Source: Monocercomonoides exilis PA203
Taxonomy: Eukaryota; Protista; Preaxostyla
Direction of reading: 5' to 3'
Length of the DNA: 64,000 nucleotides
NCBI GenBank assembly: GCA_001643675.2
Contig: LSRY02000004.1
Location: 1,550,001 to 1,614,000 of the forward strand
Positions 63,153-64,000 of the stretch are shown in pieces (within the stretch, counting starts at the first letter, position 1; each line of letters starts with the position of its first letter). The notes below the pieces were generated by a model, which searched no databases, had not been told where the DNA came from, and was given only the letters and a program-made list of their open reading frames with translations. The position numbers and the translations under genes were made by a program.

Positions 63153-64000
63153 TCATTTCGTAGCCTGTTTCATACGATTCTCCTTGACTCTCCTTTCCTT
63201 CCTCTGCTTTGCCTTATTTGGAGGAATAACCAGCGGCACATCTTCCGGCTTTAGCTTCACAAAGTGCTCGTCAATCGGCAGAGTCACAGGCTCTGGCGTT
63301 GTCACACGGAGAGGGCAGTTCTTCTGCACATGGCCTGCTTTCTTGCACAGAAAACAGACTCTTCTGTCTTCGTTGGGGCAGTCGCGGGAGATGTGGCCCA
63401 TCTGTCCGCATTTGTAGCACGCGGCTCGTGTGAGCACCTCGTCTTTAGAGCGGAAAGGGCAGTCTTCGAAAGAATGGCCGACCGCAGAGCAGCGAAAACA
63501 GCGGATGCTTCTGAAAAAGGAAACAAACGAATTGTATCAAACACAAAAAATTAAAGAAAGAAAAGAAAAGAAAAGAAAAATGAATTTTCAAAATTATCAA
63601 AAATGAAATTGACATTTCAATGATTCAGAGATGGTTTGAATAAAAAAAATGAACAAAATCCACGATATCACGATGAAACAAAAATTATAGAAAAATGTAT
63701 CTCAGCATACGGTTGGCTCTGAATAATCGGAATTGGAGAAATTGGTTTCGGAGGCAATTTCGGTAGTTGCAGAGGCAAACCATCGGAAACATAGCCAAAA
63801 AATGGTTTTTTTCTCAGATGTGATGGGTCATCCTTTGAATTATCATCAGAATTGGAAGGTGTTGAATGATTAGGTGCAGTTTGTGGTGTTGCTGAATTAG
63901 ACGGACTCAAAAAAACAGACTGAGGTTGCGTATTGACTTGTGATAAAGAGCGTTGCTGTGGTGTTGATGATGTTAATGCCTTTTCTGTTGAAATGAGGCA
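63153..64000 (-). CDS. 3' end of a CCHC zinc-knuckle nucleic-acid-binding protein (start outside the window)
   Basis: Last exon (acceptor tttcag at ~63511) encodes CFRCSAVGHSFEDC, CYKCGQMGHISRDC and CFLCKKAGHVQKNC. An upstream Ser/Pro-rich exon runs off the window. Confidence 0.85.

Noticed and set aside
63153-63510. Retrotransposon gag from the CCHC knuckles
   Set aside because: The knuckles sit in a spliced terminal exon followed by a stop and AT-rich sequence, with no protease, RT or LTR nearby.

Overview
Eukaryotic, AT-rich protist DNA with short GT-AG introns and the standard genetic code (a >5,700-codon Gln-rich exon has no TAA/TAG). The gene families look like an oxymonad of the Monocercomonoides type; this is recognition, not a search result. 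Left half: a giant palindrome (arms >=7.85 kb, unique AT-rich spacer of about 370 bp) holds two tail-to-tail copies of a ~4,070-aa single-pass receptor-like protein with 8 Cys/beta-helix modules and a C-terminal pseudokinase. About 620 bp upstream of that gene is the most interesting object, a 5,430-bp element (24119-29548). It has apparently identical 1,249-bp terminal inverted repeats, each with a fold-back end, two small ORFs and iteron-like repeats. The core is a decayed ~800-codon AEP primase-polymerase fused to a D5-like SF3 helicase. No transposase, integrase, pPolB or capsid gene is visible. Next come a MITE-like hairpin and a CT/CTTT microsatellite. Right half: ordinary host genes, namely an unknown multi-exon gene, a small 3-exon gene missed by the ORF track, a C2H2 zinc-finger protein, a greatly expanded (~6,700-6,800 aa) CFAP46 head-to-head with an LRGUK/LRRC23-like LRR gene, and the 3' end of a CCHC zinc-knuckle gene.
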